DNA from: Blastocatellia bacterium
GTDB lineage: Bacteria > Acidobacteriota > Blastocatellia > UBA7656
Reading direction: 5' to 3'
Length of the DNA stretch: 64,000 bases
NCBI GenBank assembly: GCA_963765495.1
Contig: CAVXWP010000008.1
Span: 256,001-320,000 of the forward strand
This document shows, piece by piece, positions 27,206 through 37,444 of this stretch. Made by a program: the position numbers and the translations under genes. The notes under the pieces were generated by a model. The model made no database searches and was not told the DNA's origin. It saw only the letters and a list, made by a program, of their open reading frames with translations. Numbering within the stretch: the first letter of the stretch is position 1; each line of letters opens with the position of its first letter.

Positions 27206-28396
27206 TCAGGATCGAGCGGAATCAAGCCCCTCGGGCACCTGGTCGAGAACGGGCAGAGTTTGTCGAGCTTCAGGATTTGTCTTTAGGATCGCCGGATCTG
27301 GAAGGGGAATAGGATTGTAGAGCGTGTCGCGTTCTACGGGAACGCGTCCGGCATCACGGATCAAATTCTCTATTCCAGACTTGGTAAGATGGTTGGCATT
27401 CCCCTCGGCCAGATAAGATTCCATCAAAGAACCGCCGTCGTTTATCGTCCCGTCAAGATCATCGGCGCCGAATCGTTGAGCCACCTGAGCCAGATTTTTC
27501 CCAAGCATAACCCAATAGGCTTTTATGTGGTTGATATTATCGAGAAGCAGCCGCGAGATTGCTATAGTCTTGAGGCTGTCGATCCCCGAAGGGCCGGGCA
27601 GGTTGGAAATAGCGGTACCCTCCGGGTGAAATGCAAGGGGTATGAAACACATGAATCCGCCGGTTCGATCCTGTAGCTCTCTGAGCCGGATCAAATGATC
27701 CACACGATCTTCCGCGGTTTCGATATGACCGTAAAGCATCGTTGCATTTGTGTGAATACCGCGTTTATGGACTTTCTCGGTCAGTTCGAGCCATCTTTCT
27801 GCCGACGTTTTATGAGCGCAGATGCGACTGCGCGTAGGCTCGGCAAATATTTCTGCCCCGCCGCCAGGACAGCTACCCAGCCCGGCTGAAATCAGGCCAT
27901 CTATTACCTCTTCGTCGCTCATCCTGCAAATTCTTGTCAGGTGATCAAGCTCGACCATTGTAAATGCCTTAAGGTGTAAATCGGGGAAATTCCGCTTTAA
28001 TTCACTCAATAATGATGTGTAATAATCGAATTGCAAACGAGGATGTAACCCGCCTACTATATGAATCTCACGCGCTCCTTCGTTGTAGGCTTTCCCGGCT
28101 ATTTCAACGCACTCCTCGACAGACCACTCATAGCCTTCGGGGTCTCGAACGCGGCGATAGAAACTGCAAAACGCGCAATCCGATATACATATATTTGTAT
28201 AGTTCATGTGGCGATTGACATTGTAGTAGGTAACATTTCCGTTTATACGTTCCCGAACCCGATTGGCCATCGCCCCGATGGCGATCAGATCATCCGAGCG
28301 GAATAGTTCCAGCCCGTCTTCGAAAGATAATCGCTCGTTGCCTTCAACTTTTTCCGCGATCTCCGCGATCTTCGGGGATGAAAAGACTAGATTCAT
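27206..28396 (-). CDS. mqnE: Aminofutalosine synthase (radical SAM, futalosine menaquinone pathway)
   Basis: [49 protein letters not shown]. The start is uncertain. Confidence 0.85.
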   Translation of the reverse strand: MNLVFSSPKIAEIAEKVEGNERLSFEDGLELFRSDDLIAIGAMANRVRERINGNVTYYNVNRHMNYTNICISDCAFCSFYRRVRDPEGYEWSVEECVEIAGKAYNEGAREIHIVGGLHPRLQFDYYTSLLSELKRNFPDLHLKAFTMVELDHLTRICRMSDEEVIDGLISAGLGSCPGGGAEIFAEPTRSRICAHKTSAERWLELTEKVHKRGIHTNATMLYGHIETAEDRVDHLIRLRELQDRTGGFMCFIPLAFHPEGTAISNLPGPSGIDSLKTIAISRLLLDNINHIKAYWVMLGKNLAQVAQRFGADDLDGTINDGGSLMESYLAEGNANHLTKSGIENLIRDAGRVPVERDTLYNPIPLPDPAILKTNPEARQTLPVLDQVPEGLDSARS

Positions 28397-28497
28397 AAAT
28401 CGCTCCTTCGATGCTGATCTGGCTGCCGCATTCTCAAATTCGCAAGCCGTGTCTTTAGAATTATACCGAGAACGCGAGGACATACCAAATGATTGCC

Positions 28498-29619
28498 TCA
28501 GTGGCCCCGCGTAAGAAAGACGATAATTCCAATGACGACGACGAGCAAAAGCACGAACAGGAAGATTTTCCAGAAACTGTAAGGGCGCTCGCCCGAAACC
28601 ACGCCTGAGCGCGCATTAACCATGACCTGATATGTCTTCTGATTAAACCGATAGGCTCCGATGTAAACCGGCAACAGCAGGTGTTTGAAGGTGATACCGG
28701 AATAAGAGGTAGAAATGTTGTTTATCATCTGTTCATCGCCGCCGATATCTCGTCGGACATCATTTTCGATAACCCGCGCCATAATCGGCTTTGCCATCTC
28801 GAAGCCTTCTCCCATATCTATCTCGTAGCGTTGTGCCTTGAAGCCCGATAGATAAGCCGGTTCATAGGGCTTTATTTCAGGCAAATCCCACGGCTCAAGA
28901 GATTGAAGCCTGGGTCGAGAGATAGATTTGGTTGCGGCGATCAATACATCATCAAACCACCTTGAAACCTGACCCGAAGCCGGATGCCACGCGGTTCTGC
29001 GAACCTGTCTGGTCTTTGCCACGGAGTTCCCCTGATTGTCGGTCTCTGTGTAGGTCTCAGTCTCGTAGTAATACTCGCCTCGCTGGCCTGTGTAGTAGCT
29101 GGACGTATGAGAATCATAAGTCCAATAAGGGATGTAGACTCCACCAATAGATTCCTGATAGGCGAACTTTTTGAGTGCGTTTGGGGCAAACCACCGCGAC
29201 GCCAGCCATTTCTTTATGGAATCATTTGCCTGATTTTGAGGGACGCGAAACGGCAGCACCCCTTCGGGCGCAACAAGAGGGTCAGCCTGTTTTGGTTGAG
29301 CTACCAGTGGACGCCCGCAAAAGGGGCACTCGCCCGCTACCTCGGGAGGCGTAAATGTGACAGTCGCGCCGCATCCACCGCATTTAACCTCCAGCGCGTC
29401 CGAAGCGATGCGGGTCAAATGATCGGAGCGAAGATTTAAGTACTCCTCGTATGATCTTTCCTGAACCTGCTCGGCGCTTTCCGGGATGATTTCCTTGCGG
29501 CCACAATATGGACACTCAAGAACCCCGCCTTTGGGTTCGAAGAGGAGGTCTGCTCCACATCCCGGACAGGGGAAACGGTGCGGTTTCTGTTGTGTTGACG
29601 GTCTCGGAGAATCTTGCAT
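28498..29619 (-). CDS. Zinc-ribbon membrane-anchored conserved protein
   Basis: Four CxxCG motifs; Y.PYWTYD; VNARSG.VSGERP; C-terminal TM helix. Confidence 0.8.
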   Translation of the reverse strand: MQDSPRPSTQQKPHRFPCPGCGADLLFEPKGGVLECPYCGRKEIIPESAEQVQERSYEEYLNLRSDHLTRIASDALEVKCGGCGATVTFTPPEVAGECPFCGRPLVAQPKQADPLVAPEGVLPFRVPQNQANDSIKKWLASRWFAPNALKKFAYQESIGGVYIPYWTYDSHTSSYYTGQRGEYYYETETYTETDNQGNSVAKTRQVRRTAWHPASGQVSRWFDDVLIAATKSISRPRLQSLEPWDLPEIKPYEPAYLSGFKAQRYEIDMGEGFEMAKPIMARVIENDVRRDIGGDEQMINNISTSYSGITFKHLLLPVYIGAYRFNQKTYQVMVNARSGVVSGERPYSFWKIFLFVLLLVVVIGIIVFLTRGH

Positions 29620-29733
29620 AACAAAGAAGTTGCCACGAGCAGATGAGAGCTACTCATCGACTGCGGAATTATACAAAGATTCTCAAAGTTAACCAAGAGC
29701 GGATACAAACGATAGGGCGAGTAGGCCATCATT

Positions 29734-29946
29734 CTAAATCGGAATGCAAAAGATTGGTACAAACGAAACTCCAAAGTATGGTAATCAGAAATAGGCCGGG
29801 ACGGACGCGGATCAGACGGATTTTCGCGGATCTGACATTATATGATTTAATCCGCGTAGATCCGCCCGATCCGCGTCCGTCCCGGCCTATTCCGAGATGC
29901 ATTCCATTCACACTCATTTGTACCAATCTCTTGCGGAGTGATTTAG
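29734..29946. mobile_element. MITE-like palindromic element (complete copy)
   Basis: Imperfect ~33-bp terminal inverted repeats (CTAAATC..GCAA.AGATTGGTACAAA.GA) around a long inner hairpin AATAGGCCGGGACGGACGCGGATC / GATCCGCGTCCGTCCCGGCCTATT. Confidence 0.7.
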
Positions 29947-29994
29947 TTTTGAGGAGTGGCTCCTTATACTGAAAAAACGAACTCACCCCGTGGC

Positions 29995-30160
29995 TCAAGA
30001 AATGGTGTGCGCAACTTGTTTATAATGTGTGAGCCGGACCGCGCCTTCCTTAAATTCTTTCGAGTAGTTTTTCACTGTTTAATATTACCCCCGGTTATGT
30101 CATCGATTGCGTTGGAGGGATATGACTTAACTCCTCTTCTACTCTACGGAGGAAGGGGCA
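29995..30160 (-). pseudogene. Probable IS3-family left-end relic (OrfA N-terminal fragment)
   Basis: GTG at 30075 gives VKNYSKEFKEGAVRL..., resembling the IS3 OrfA Y(S/T)xEFK..AV.L start; stops after 26 codons. Confidence 0.5.
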
Positions 30161-30174
30161 AGTAGGGCATAGCG

Positions 30175-30320
30175 CCAGCAATTCTCGGTTTAGAGGAAAT
30201 CGCACCGGGATATACCACGAAACAGACTAAATACACGAATAATTCTTCTATTTCGTGTGCTTCGTGTATTTCGTGGTTCACTTTTTGTTAAGACAGAATT
30301 TCTAAACCGAGAATTGCTGG
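30175..30320. mobile_element. 146-bp MITE-like element with perfect 20-bp terminal inverted repeats
   Basis: CCAGCAATTCTCGGTTTAGA ... TCTAAACCGAGAATTGCTGG, with an inner ACCACGAA/TTCGTGGT hairpin. Confidence 0.75.
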
Positions 30321-30327
30321 TTGAAGA

Positions 30328-30453
30328 TCAAGCAATGCGATTAAGCCAACGTCTTTCACCATCAATCAATTTTCGCAATGGAATCTTTTGTCGTCGCGCC
30401 ATAATAACCTCCATCTGAGACTCCATATTCTGGGCGCGTATTATGGCTATATA
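30328..30453 (-). pseudogene. Probable IS630-family transposase 5' relic
   Basis: RBS GGAGG then ATG at 30402: MARRQKIPLRKLIDGERRWLNRIA*, resembling IS630-type transposase N-termini (recognised from memory). Confidence 0.45.
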
Positions 30454-30522
30454 ATTGTAAGGTGACCCAATAGCTGCAAGGCAGAGTAATTCATTTTTTC
30501 AGTATGCAAGAGAGAAGAATGC

Positions 30523-30592
30523 GAATAGGCCACGGATGACACGGATCAGATCGGTGAAAATCCGTCTGATCCGTGTCATCCGTGGCCTATTC
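30523..30592. repeat. Long palindrome, same family as the inner hairpin of the 29734 element
   Basis: GAATAGGCCACGGATGACACGGATCAGA / TCTGATCCGTGTCATCCGTGGCCTATTC. Confidence 0.85.
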
Positions 30593-30627
30593 TTGCCTGG
30601 CCTTTTTCACAAATTAACCTTTCAAAC

Positions 30628-31077
30628 TTACTGCGAAGTTTCCGAATGAACTATGCCCTTCAACTCATTTTGCAATCTCTCAATCTCTTCGGTTTTTTGC
30701 GCGATTCTTTCAAATAGCGCGCTCTGGGCTTTCATCCCTTCGGAAATTAGAAATGCTGCCGATTCCGACCTGCTCTTGAAGATACCCGTCTGCACAAGCG
30801 CATCAAGCGCTCGAAGTGATTCATCGTTAACGCGTACCATCACTACATGATCGCGCGCCGAGAGCGCAGACTCGATGGCCTTGCCTATGGATTCCGTAGC
30901 CCGGTTGATAACCTCTCCTGTCTTGTTTGCCACTCCCTTTACCGTATCGGCCAGATCGTCCAGCCCGCTCTTTGATCTCGATCCCTCGTTTTCGAGTCGC
31001 GTTACAACTACGTCATCACTGTCAGGTCCTTTTTCCTCAATAATTACATCCCCTGTGGAACCAAATTCGTCTCTCAT
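30628..31077 (-). CDS. Hypothetical protein with a ribbon-helix-helix-like segment
   Basis: VVMVRVNDESLRALDALVQTGIFKSRSE pattern; RBS GGAGG upstream. Confidence 0.65.
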   Translation of the reverse strand: MRDEFGSTGDVIIEEKGPDSDDVVVTRLENEGSRSKSGLDDLADTVKGVANKTGEVINRATESIGKAIESALSARDHVVMVRVNDESLRALDALVQTGIFKSRSESAAFLISEGMKAQSALFERIAQKTEEIERLQNELKGIVHSETSQ

Positions 31078-31288
31078 ATCTTTTCCCTTACCTCCTTACG
31101 TGAAATCTCGTAATTGCCTTACGGTTTATTATGTAATAAAGTTTTTGAATTTTCAACTTAAAAGAGAATCAAGTATAGAATAAATCTCTGGGAGTCAAAA
31201 ACATCTTGGCCGGGGGGATCATTTCGGGCATTATGAGACTTTTGCAGGCTGGCTCGCGTTAGAAACCATTCAAGGGGGTAAGAAAGAC

Positions 31289-32671
31289 ATGGAAACAGGA
31301 AACAAGACTCTAACACACACGCCCATACCGCCCCCGCTTGTGCGAAAGTTGCTCCACAGGGGAGCCAGGTCTCACCTTGCGCGGATTTTTACAAAAGCCT
31401 ATCCGGTCGAGGTGGCAAGGATGCTTTCGGCGCTGAGCGGGGCCGAGAGGCTTCGCGCTTTTAAGATTCTCTTTGAAGAGGGAGAAGTCTCTCATGTAGC
31501 TAGCGTGTTGAGCGAGATGGCCGAAGGCGACAGCCTCGCATTGCTCGAGCGGCTAGAACCCAGACAGATCGCGAGACTGCTGAGCGAAATGGCGGCAGAT
31601 GATGCCACCTTTCTGGCCTCGCGGCTACCTGATCCGCTTGCCGAAAGCGTCCTTGCGTTGATGGAAGCAAGGCCGGCGGCCGACGTAAGAGAACTTCTTG
31701 AACACGAGGAGCAGACCGCCGGTCGCATTATGACGCGTGATTATTTCGCGCTGGACGATGATGTGACGGTTTCAGAGGCGATTACCGCGCTGCAACGCAG
31801 GTCGGAAGAGTTCGAGATGGTCTTTTATGTCTACATCGTGGACAAGAGAAATCATCTGATCGGGGTAGCGAGTTTGAGACAGTTATTGACCACCCCTCCT
31901 TCGACTCAGTTAAAGCGCATAATGAAATCGAATGTAATCAGCGCCCGCACAAACGACGATCAGGAAGAGGTCGCGAGGCTCGTGGCTGAGTACGATTTGC
32001 TGGCCGTTCCAATAGTGGATGATGAGGACAAACTTGTCGGCATCGTCACGGTTGATGACGTGCTGGATGTATTACAGGATGAAGTAGCGGAGGACCTTCT
32101 TGCGCTCGCCGGTGTCGCCACGGAAGAACATATTTCAACGAGCGCGCGGCGTTCGCTCAGGTTGCGCGCACCGTGGTTGATGGTAAATCTTGCCACAGCT
32201 TTTCTTACTTCTTACGTGATCTCTCAGTTTGTAGGAACCTTTGAACGCCTGCCCGTCCTTGCCGCGCTTGTGTCGATCCCAAATGGAATGGCCGGGAATG
32301 CCGCCACACAGACAGTCACTGTAATAGTCAGAGGCATCGCCTTGAATGAGATGTCGAAGCTCTCCTGGACTGCGCTGAAGGAGATGGCTGTCGGTGCAGG
32401 TAATGGTTTGATAAACGGTTTGATTTGCGCTACGGTCGTCAGCCTCTATTACAGGAACATCTGGTTAGGCATAGTTCTTTCCATGGCAATGGTCATGAAT
32501 CTTACGATTGCCGGACTGGCCGGGACATTGATTCCGGTCGCGCTAAAAAAGATCAAGGTTGACCCGGCGGTTGCCTCGTCCGTCTTTGTTACCACATGTA
32601 CGGATGTGGCGGGCTCATTCTGTTTTCTTGGTCTTGCTACTCTCTTTCTAAATCTGCTGGCATCGAAATAA
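31289..32671 (+). CDS. mgtE: Magnesium transporter MgtE
   Basis: TAGRIMT, CBS pair, GIVTVDD, R.PWL.VNL, GN..TQ, DPA.AS..FVTT.TD. Confidence 0.95.
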   Translation: METGNKTLTHTPIPPPLVRKLLHRGARSHLARIFTKAYPVEVARMLSALSGAERLRAFKILFEEGEVSHVASVLSEMAEGDSLALLERLEPRQIARLLSEMAADDATFLASRLPDPLAESVLALMEARPAADVRELLEHEEQTAGRIMTRDYFALDDDVTVSEAITALQRRSEEFEMVFYVYIVDKRNHLIGVASLRQLLTTPPSTQLKRIMKSNVISARTNDDQEEVARLVAEYDLLAVPIVDDEDKLVGIVTVDDVLDVLQDEVAEDLLALAGVATEEHISTSARRSLRLRAPWLMVNLATAFLTSYVISQFVGTFERLPVLAALVSIPNGMAGNAATQTVTVIVRGIALNEMSKLSWTALKEMAVGAGNGLINGLICATVVSLYYRNIWLGIVLSMAMVMNLTIAGLAGTLIPVALKKIKVDPAVASSVFVTTCTDVAGSFCFLGLATLFLNLLASK

Positions 32672-32685
32672 AGCATTCGCATTAT

Positions 32686-34122
32686 TCAAAGAAGCCGTCT
32701 GAACAGATTGAACCCGATTATGAATTTGCTCGGCGGCAGGACCAGATTGCTCGAATTATAGCGACTCGTCGTTGTCGTCTGCGTATTTGAGAATGTCAAA
32801 GAGAACGTGTGTCGCCCGAGACGTTTCTCGATGCCAAACCCGATCTCAGGTTCCGATCTGTTCTTAAAGCCTGTGATCTGTGTGAAATCTTCGTTAAAGA
32901 GAGGTTCGACGCGCCCAAGTTTGAACCCGATCCGTGGTGTGTATTCGAACACCAGCGAAGCCGTAGGCCGAATCCGCGCATTTACGCCAAATCCAAATGA
33001 CCCCGTATTCGTGCCAAGCTCAAACTTATCGGCGAGCGGGACAGGCGGGAAGAAATTTTCGGATCGAGGGTTGAACCGTCTCTGCCCGTTTGAATTAATA
33101 TGAATCGCCGGCGCAAAGAAGAGATTGACATACTCGGTCACGCTTCGCGCAATCATCGCCTGAAGGTTATAGGTAAACTCTTCCTTGAAATTGTTGTTGC
33201 CCTCGATGCTTGCGTAGGCTGAAAGCGCAACAGGCGAGCGGCCCGCTTCGTCAAGCAGGTGGTAACCCAATCCGATTTCTATAGTCTTGCACAAACCCGG
33301 CTGACAGACAGGCGAACGGTATGCATTGACATAGAGCCTGTCCGTTATCCCAAATGTAAATCCAAAGGATGAGACCGAGAAGCCGTCCAGTCCAAACAGG
33401 TTTTCGAACTGCTCGCCGAAGGTGCGGTTATCTTCGTTTATGGGGGTCGAAAACCTGTGATTGAAATAGACGTTCAGGCTGTGGCGCGGCACCCGCTTCG
33501 GGGTAGGCACATTTACCAGATGATAACCATAAGCTTCTACTGTGCGATGAGTCGCTTTTTGCTCGACTCCGGCGGGTTGCGTCCGACTGGTTTCTGTTCC
33601 GGGCGGCGTTTCGGAATCGTCAAGTCGAGTTACAGTCTTACTTGCGGTATCGATTCTGATTCGTTCGCCGTTCGATTCGACGATCACTACCCCTGAATCA
33701 TCATCTGCAAACCGGACGTTTATCTTTGACTCGGGAGAAACCTCGCCGTCAGTGACTATTATTTCTCCGCTCATGTTTTTGTGACCATCGCCGCAAATCA
33801 CCGAACAATAGAAACGGAACTTTCCATCGTGATCGGGTGTGAAGGTGACCTCTCTCGACTGGCCTGCGGGAATCTTCTTATCTATGCCGAGATCGTCAAT
33901 CGCAAAACCGTGATCCACATCCATTGATGTGATTATCAGCTTCACAGGTTTCCCGTTTCGCAGGGTGATGGTCCGGGGTTGGAATTCAAACTGTCTGGCT
34001 GTGATATGAATCTCTCGGGTTTGAGCGTCATCTGTTCCCAGATTCTCAGCCGCCGCCTTTTCAGATGTGAACCCGAGCAACAGGAAAATCAATCCCCCAA
34101 GGCTCAATTTCGTTATAGTCAC
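32686..34122 (-). CDS. Secreted fusion of a CuA-type cupredoxin domain and a putative outer-membrane beta-barrel (DUF5777-like)
   Basis: Signal peptide; DVDHGF and CSVICGDGHKNM; C-domain with HRF, FGLD, GITDRL, GRHTFSLTFSN, IGFNLFR. Confidence 0.75.
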   Translation of the reverse strand: MTITKLSLGGLIFLLLGFTSEKAAAENLGTDDAQTREIHITARQFEFQPRTITLRNGKPVKLIITSMDVDHGFAIDDLGIDKKIPAGQSREVTFTPDHDGKFRFYCSVICGDGHKNMSGEIIVTDGEVSPESKINVRFADDDSGVVIVESNGERIRIDTASKTVTRLDDSETPPGTETSRTQPAGVEQKATHRTVEAYGYHLVNVPTPKRVPRHSLNVYFNHRFSTPINEDNRTFGEQFENLFGLDGFSVSSFGFTFGITDRLYVNAYRSPVCQPGLCKTIEIGLGYHLLDEAGRSPVALSAYASIEGNNNFKEEFTYNLQAMIARSVTEYVNLFFAPAIHINSNGQRRFNPRSENFFPPVPLADKFELGTNTGSFGFGVNARIRPTASLVFEYTPRIGFKLGRVEPLFNEDFTQITGFKNRSEPEIGFGIEKRLGRHTFSLTFSNTQTTTTSRYNSSNLVLPPSKFIIGFNLFRRLL

Positions 34123-34239
34123 TTTGTTCTCCTCCGTCCTTCATGATTGCGCAGATGGTTTTGAGTTAGTCATAACCTGTTTTAGACGTATAATAACGAA
34201 TCCGAGCCTGAATTTTCTTTGCAAAGGGAGAAAAAGTAA

Positions 34240-35142
34240 ATGTCAAAGGGATCGGCAAAGAGCAAGAAGCCTTCGGCAAAGGCCAGGCGACAGAAGCGGT
34301 CGTTTCCTTTTTGGATAATCGTTCTTGTTATTGCCGTCGGGTTAGCGATCCTGGTTTTTACTTCAACGCGGTCGGGTTCGGGTGGCAAGACGGAATCGAC
34401 CCCGGCGGGTGATTCTCAATCGAATTCACTCTCACCGAGGATGGCCACACCTGTAGCCTATGACGTAGTAGGAGATTTCCCTCACGACCCTGATGCGTTC
34501 TTGCAGGGGCTCCTCTGGCATCAGGGCAGCTTTTATGAAAGCACAGGGCTTCTGGGCCGTTCCACGCTTCGGCACGTAGAATACCCTTCGGGGAAAGTAT
34601 TGAAATCCGTGAATCTGCCGCCTGACATTTTCGGCGAAGGGCTTGCGGTGGTTGACAATCGTCTCATTCAACTCACGTGGAAGGCTCATAAAGGGTTTGT
34701 CTATGATCTGGAGACGATGAATCTGCTACGAGAATTTCCATACGATACGGAAGGGTGGGGGATAACATTTGACGGGAAAAATCTGATAATGAGCGACGGA
34801 AGCGCCACGCTGACCTATCTCGACCCTCAGACATTTAAGCCAGTAAAGAAAATATCTGTGACGATGAACGGCAGGTCTATGGACCAGCTCAACGAGCTTG
34901 AGTTTATCGAAGGCGAGATATGGTCAAATGTGTGGCAGACCGACTTGATTCTGCGAATCGACCCGGCGACAGGGCAGGTCAAATCGTTTCTTGATATGAA
35001 AGGGCTGCTGTCTGCCCAGACGCGCTCGGGCAGCGAGGACGTGCTAAACGGCATCGCCTATGACCCCGAGGCAAAACGAATTTTTGTAAGCGGAAAGCTC
35101 TGGCCTCGCGTTTATGAAATTCGCATAAAGTCCGAACACTGA
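34240..35142 (+). CDS. Glutaminyl-peptide cyclotransferase (bacterial/plant-type QC)
   Basis: PHD..AF.QGL, YESTG, FGEG, QLTW, EGWG, LNELE, VLNGIA, GK.WP. Confidence 0.93.
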   Translation: MSKGSAKSKKPSAKARRQKRSFPFWIIVLVIAVGLAILVFTSTRSGSGGKTESTPAGDSQSNSLSPRMATPVAYDVVGDFPHDPDAFLQGLLWHQGSFYESTGLLGRSTLRHVEYPSGKVLKSVNLPPDIFGEGLAVVDNRLIQLTWKAHKGFVYDLETMNLLREFPYDTEGWGITFDGKNLIMSDGSATLTYLDPQTFKPVKKISVTMNGRSMDQLNELEFIEGEIWSNVWQTDLILRIDPATGQVKSFLDMKGLLSAQTRSGSEDVLNGIAYDPEAKRIFVSGKLWPRVYEIRIKSEH

Positions 35143-35224
35143 TTCGGTGAAGAGCGAGACAGGATTAACAGAGATTAGATTGGATTGAACAAGATTCTTG
35201 AATAATCCAAATCAGTTCTATCAA

Positions 35225-37291
35225 TCATTCATCCAGCCTTGCGGCCAATTCCTCGCGGCTCGTCGCCGGGGCCAGACAGGTATAGTTCCGGCAGACATAA
35301 GCCGTTGCCTTACCTTCTACCTCGCTGCGGTCGGCAAGCAGATGTATCGAGCGTGCGGCATCGGTTTCCTCCGGCCCACGTAGAGCCAGAACCTTGTTCG
35401 GGATATAACGAGAGTAAATCTCTTCGATGAATGCTCTGACCTCGTGCGAATCCGCATCGCCTACGAGTGCAATCTCTTTTGGCTCCGACAGGTAAAAATC
35501 GAGCGCGCAGAGCAGATACCCGAATCCGCTTGAGTAGCGTGCCATTGTATCGCGCATGATTCGCAGCACGGAGGCAGACTTGCGTTGATATTCGCCCTCG
35601 CTTACCAGAAGCCCAAGTCTTTGAAGCGCGAGGGCCGCGACAGAGTTTCCCGATGGGATTGCGTTATCGAAATAGTCTTTTGTGCGAGTGATAAGGGCTT
35701 CGTGATCCGACGATGTGAAGAAGAACCCGCCTTCCGAATCGTCCCAGAACTGCCCGATCAGCGTATCGGCAAGCCCCCGCGCCGTTTCAAAATATTTCAA
35801 ATCGAAAGTCGCTTCATAGAGCGCAAGCAATCCCTCAATAACAAAAGCATAGTCCTCAAGATAGCCGTTCAGCTTCGCCTGATCATCCTTGTATGTCCTG
35901 AGCATGCGGCCCTCTTTCATTAAATTGTTTAAGAGGAAATCGCCGTTACGCCGGGCCACCTCTCGATAATCATCTCGCCCCAGGATGTTTGCGGCCTCGG
36001 CGAAGGCTGTGAGCATAAGTCCATTCCATGCCGCGAGCATCTTATCGTCTCGTCCGGGCCGCACGCGGGTTTCACGTTCATAGAAAAGTCGCTTTTTACC
36101 TGCGGAAATGATTCTTTTCAATTCCTGAGGTTCGATACTGTTTTCACCGGCCACCGCTTCAATAGAGCGCGGAGTGTTGAGGATTGACTTGCCGTGCTCA
36201 AAATTTCCGCCCTCCGTCACGTCAAAATAGCGACAGAAAATCTCACCTTCTTCCTCGCCCAGAAGCGTCAATATCTGGTCGCGGGTCCAGACATAAAACT
36301 TGCCCTCTTCGCCTTCGCTATCGGCATCCTCCGACGAATAGAAACCGCCGGAGCTATCCGTCAGATCGCGGATGACATATTCGAAAGTCTCTTCCGCCAC
36401 CCGGCGATACTCCGGCTTGCCCGTTGCCTGATAGGCATACAGGTAGATGCGAGAGAGCAGGGCATTGTCATAAAGCATCTTTTCAAAGTGAGGAACCAGC
36501 CAGTGGGCATCAACCGAGTAGCGGGCGAACCCTCCGCCGAGGTGGTCGTACATCCCGCCCGAAGCCATCTTTTGCAGGGTCGTCTCAACCATCTCAAGCG
36601 CATCCACCGACCCCGTTCGCTTATGGTAGCGGAGAAGAAACATGAGGCTCATAGAAGGAGGGAATTTTGGCGCATTGCCAAATCCGCCGTTTACGCGGTC
36701 AAAGCTTTTCGACATCGTCACGTATGCCTGAGTCAACAGATCGGCGGTCAATAAATCCGATGATGCGCGGAAGCTTCCTGCCTTCTTCAATTCCGCCGTA
36801 ATGGCATTGGCGCTCTGTGTGATTTCGCCTCTTTTGGTCTTGTATGCATCCGACACCCCCATAAGAATTCGCGGAAAGCCGGGCATTCCTTGTCTGTCTG
36901 TGGGCGGAAAGTAGGTCCCTCCGTAAAATGGTTTTAACTCGGGAGTGAGAAACATCGTCATAGGCCAGCCGCCGCCGCCTGTCATCATCTGCACAGCATT
37001 CATGTAAATCGTATCGAGATCGGGTCTTTCTTCCCTGTCTACTTTTATGCAGATGAAATTCTCATTCATCAATCGAGCTATCTCTTCGTCTTCAAATGAT
37101 TCGTGCTCCATGACGTGGCACCAGTGACAGGCGGAGTACCCGATTGAAAGCAGAATTGGCTTATCCTCGCCTACGGCGGTTTCAAGCGCTTCCGGCCCCC
37201 ACGGATACCAGTCCACAGGGTTGTGCGCGTGCTGCAATAGATACGGGCTTGTTTCGTTGATCAGCCTGTTTGTATGACGGTTCTCTCCCAT
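35225..37291 (-). CDS. YyaL/SSP411 thioredoxin-domain protein
   Basis: [51 protein letters not shown]. Confidence 0.95.
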   Translation of the reverse strand: MGENRHTNRLINETSPYLLQHAHNPVDWYPWGPEALETAVGEDKPILLSIGYSACHWCHVMEHESFEDEEIARLMNENFICIKVDREERPDLDTIYMNAVQMMTGGGGWPMTMFLTPELKPFYGGTYFPPTDRQGMPGFPRILMGVSDAYKTKRGEITQSANAITAELKKAGSFRASSDLLTADLLTQAYVTMSKSFDRVNGGFGNAPKFPPSMSLMFLLRYHKRTGSVDALEMVETTLQKMASGGMYDHLGGGFARYSVDAHWLVPHFEKMLYDNALLSRIYLYAYQATGKPEYRRVAEETFEYVIRDLTDSSGGFYSSEDADSEGEEGKFYVWTRDQILTLLGEEEGEIFCRYFDVTEGGNFEHGKSILNTPRSIEAVAGENSIEPQELKRIISAGKKRLFYERETRVRPGRDDKMLAAWNGLMLTAFAEAANILGRDDYREVARRNGDFLLNNLMKEGRMLRTYKDDQAKLNGYLEDYAFVIEGLLALYEATFDLKYFETARGLADTLIGQFWDDSEGGFFFTSSDHEALITRTKDYFDNAIPSGNSVAALALQRLGLLVSEGEYQRKSASVLRIMRDTMARYSSGFGYLLCALDFYLSEPKEIALVGDADSHEVRAFIEEIYSRYIPNKVLALRGPEETDAARSIHLLADRSEVEGKATAYVCRNYTCLAPATSREELAARLDE

Positions 37292-37366
37292 TTCACTCTC
37301 CCTTTTACGTTTTGTATCAAGAGATGAACTATACTGATTTGCATTTCCAATAGCCAGCACACGGGT

Positions 37367-37415
37367 ACCGGCAGAAGACCAGTTATGAAACAGATATGTC
37401 TGATCTTCTGCCGGT
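37367..37415. terminator. Intergenic inverted repeat (possible terminator)
   Basis: ACCGGCAGAAGA / TCTTCTGCCGGT. Confidence 0.5.
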
Positions 37416-37444
37416 TTATAAAATGCTTTTCTGTAGTTGGGAGA

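Noticed and set aside
27206-28396. Radical SAM enzyme as a RiPP maturase
   Set aside because: The motifs match MqnE/CofH-type enzymes, and there is no SPASM or RRE domain.
34240-35142. Glutaminyl cyclase acting on the peptides
   Set aside because: It lies about 9 kb away among core genes, and the predicted cores begin with Gly.
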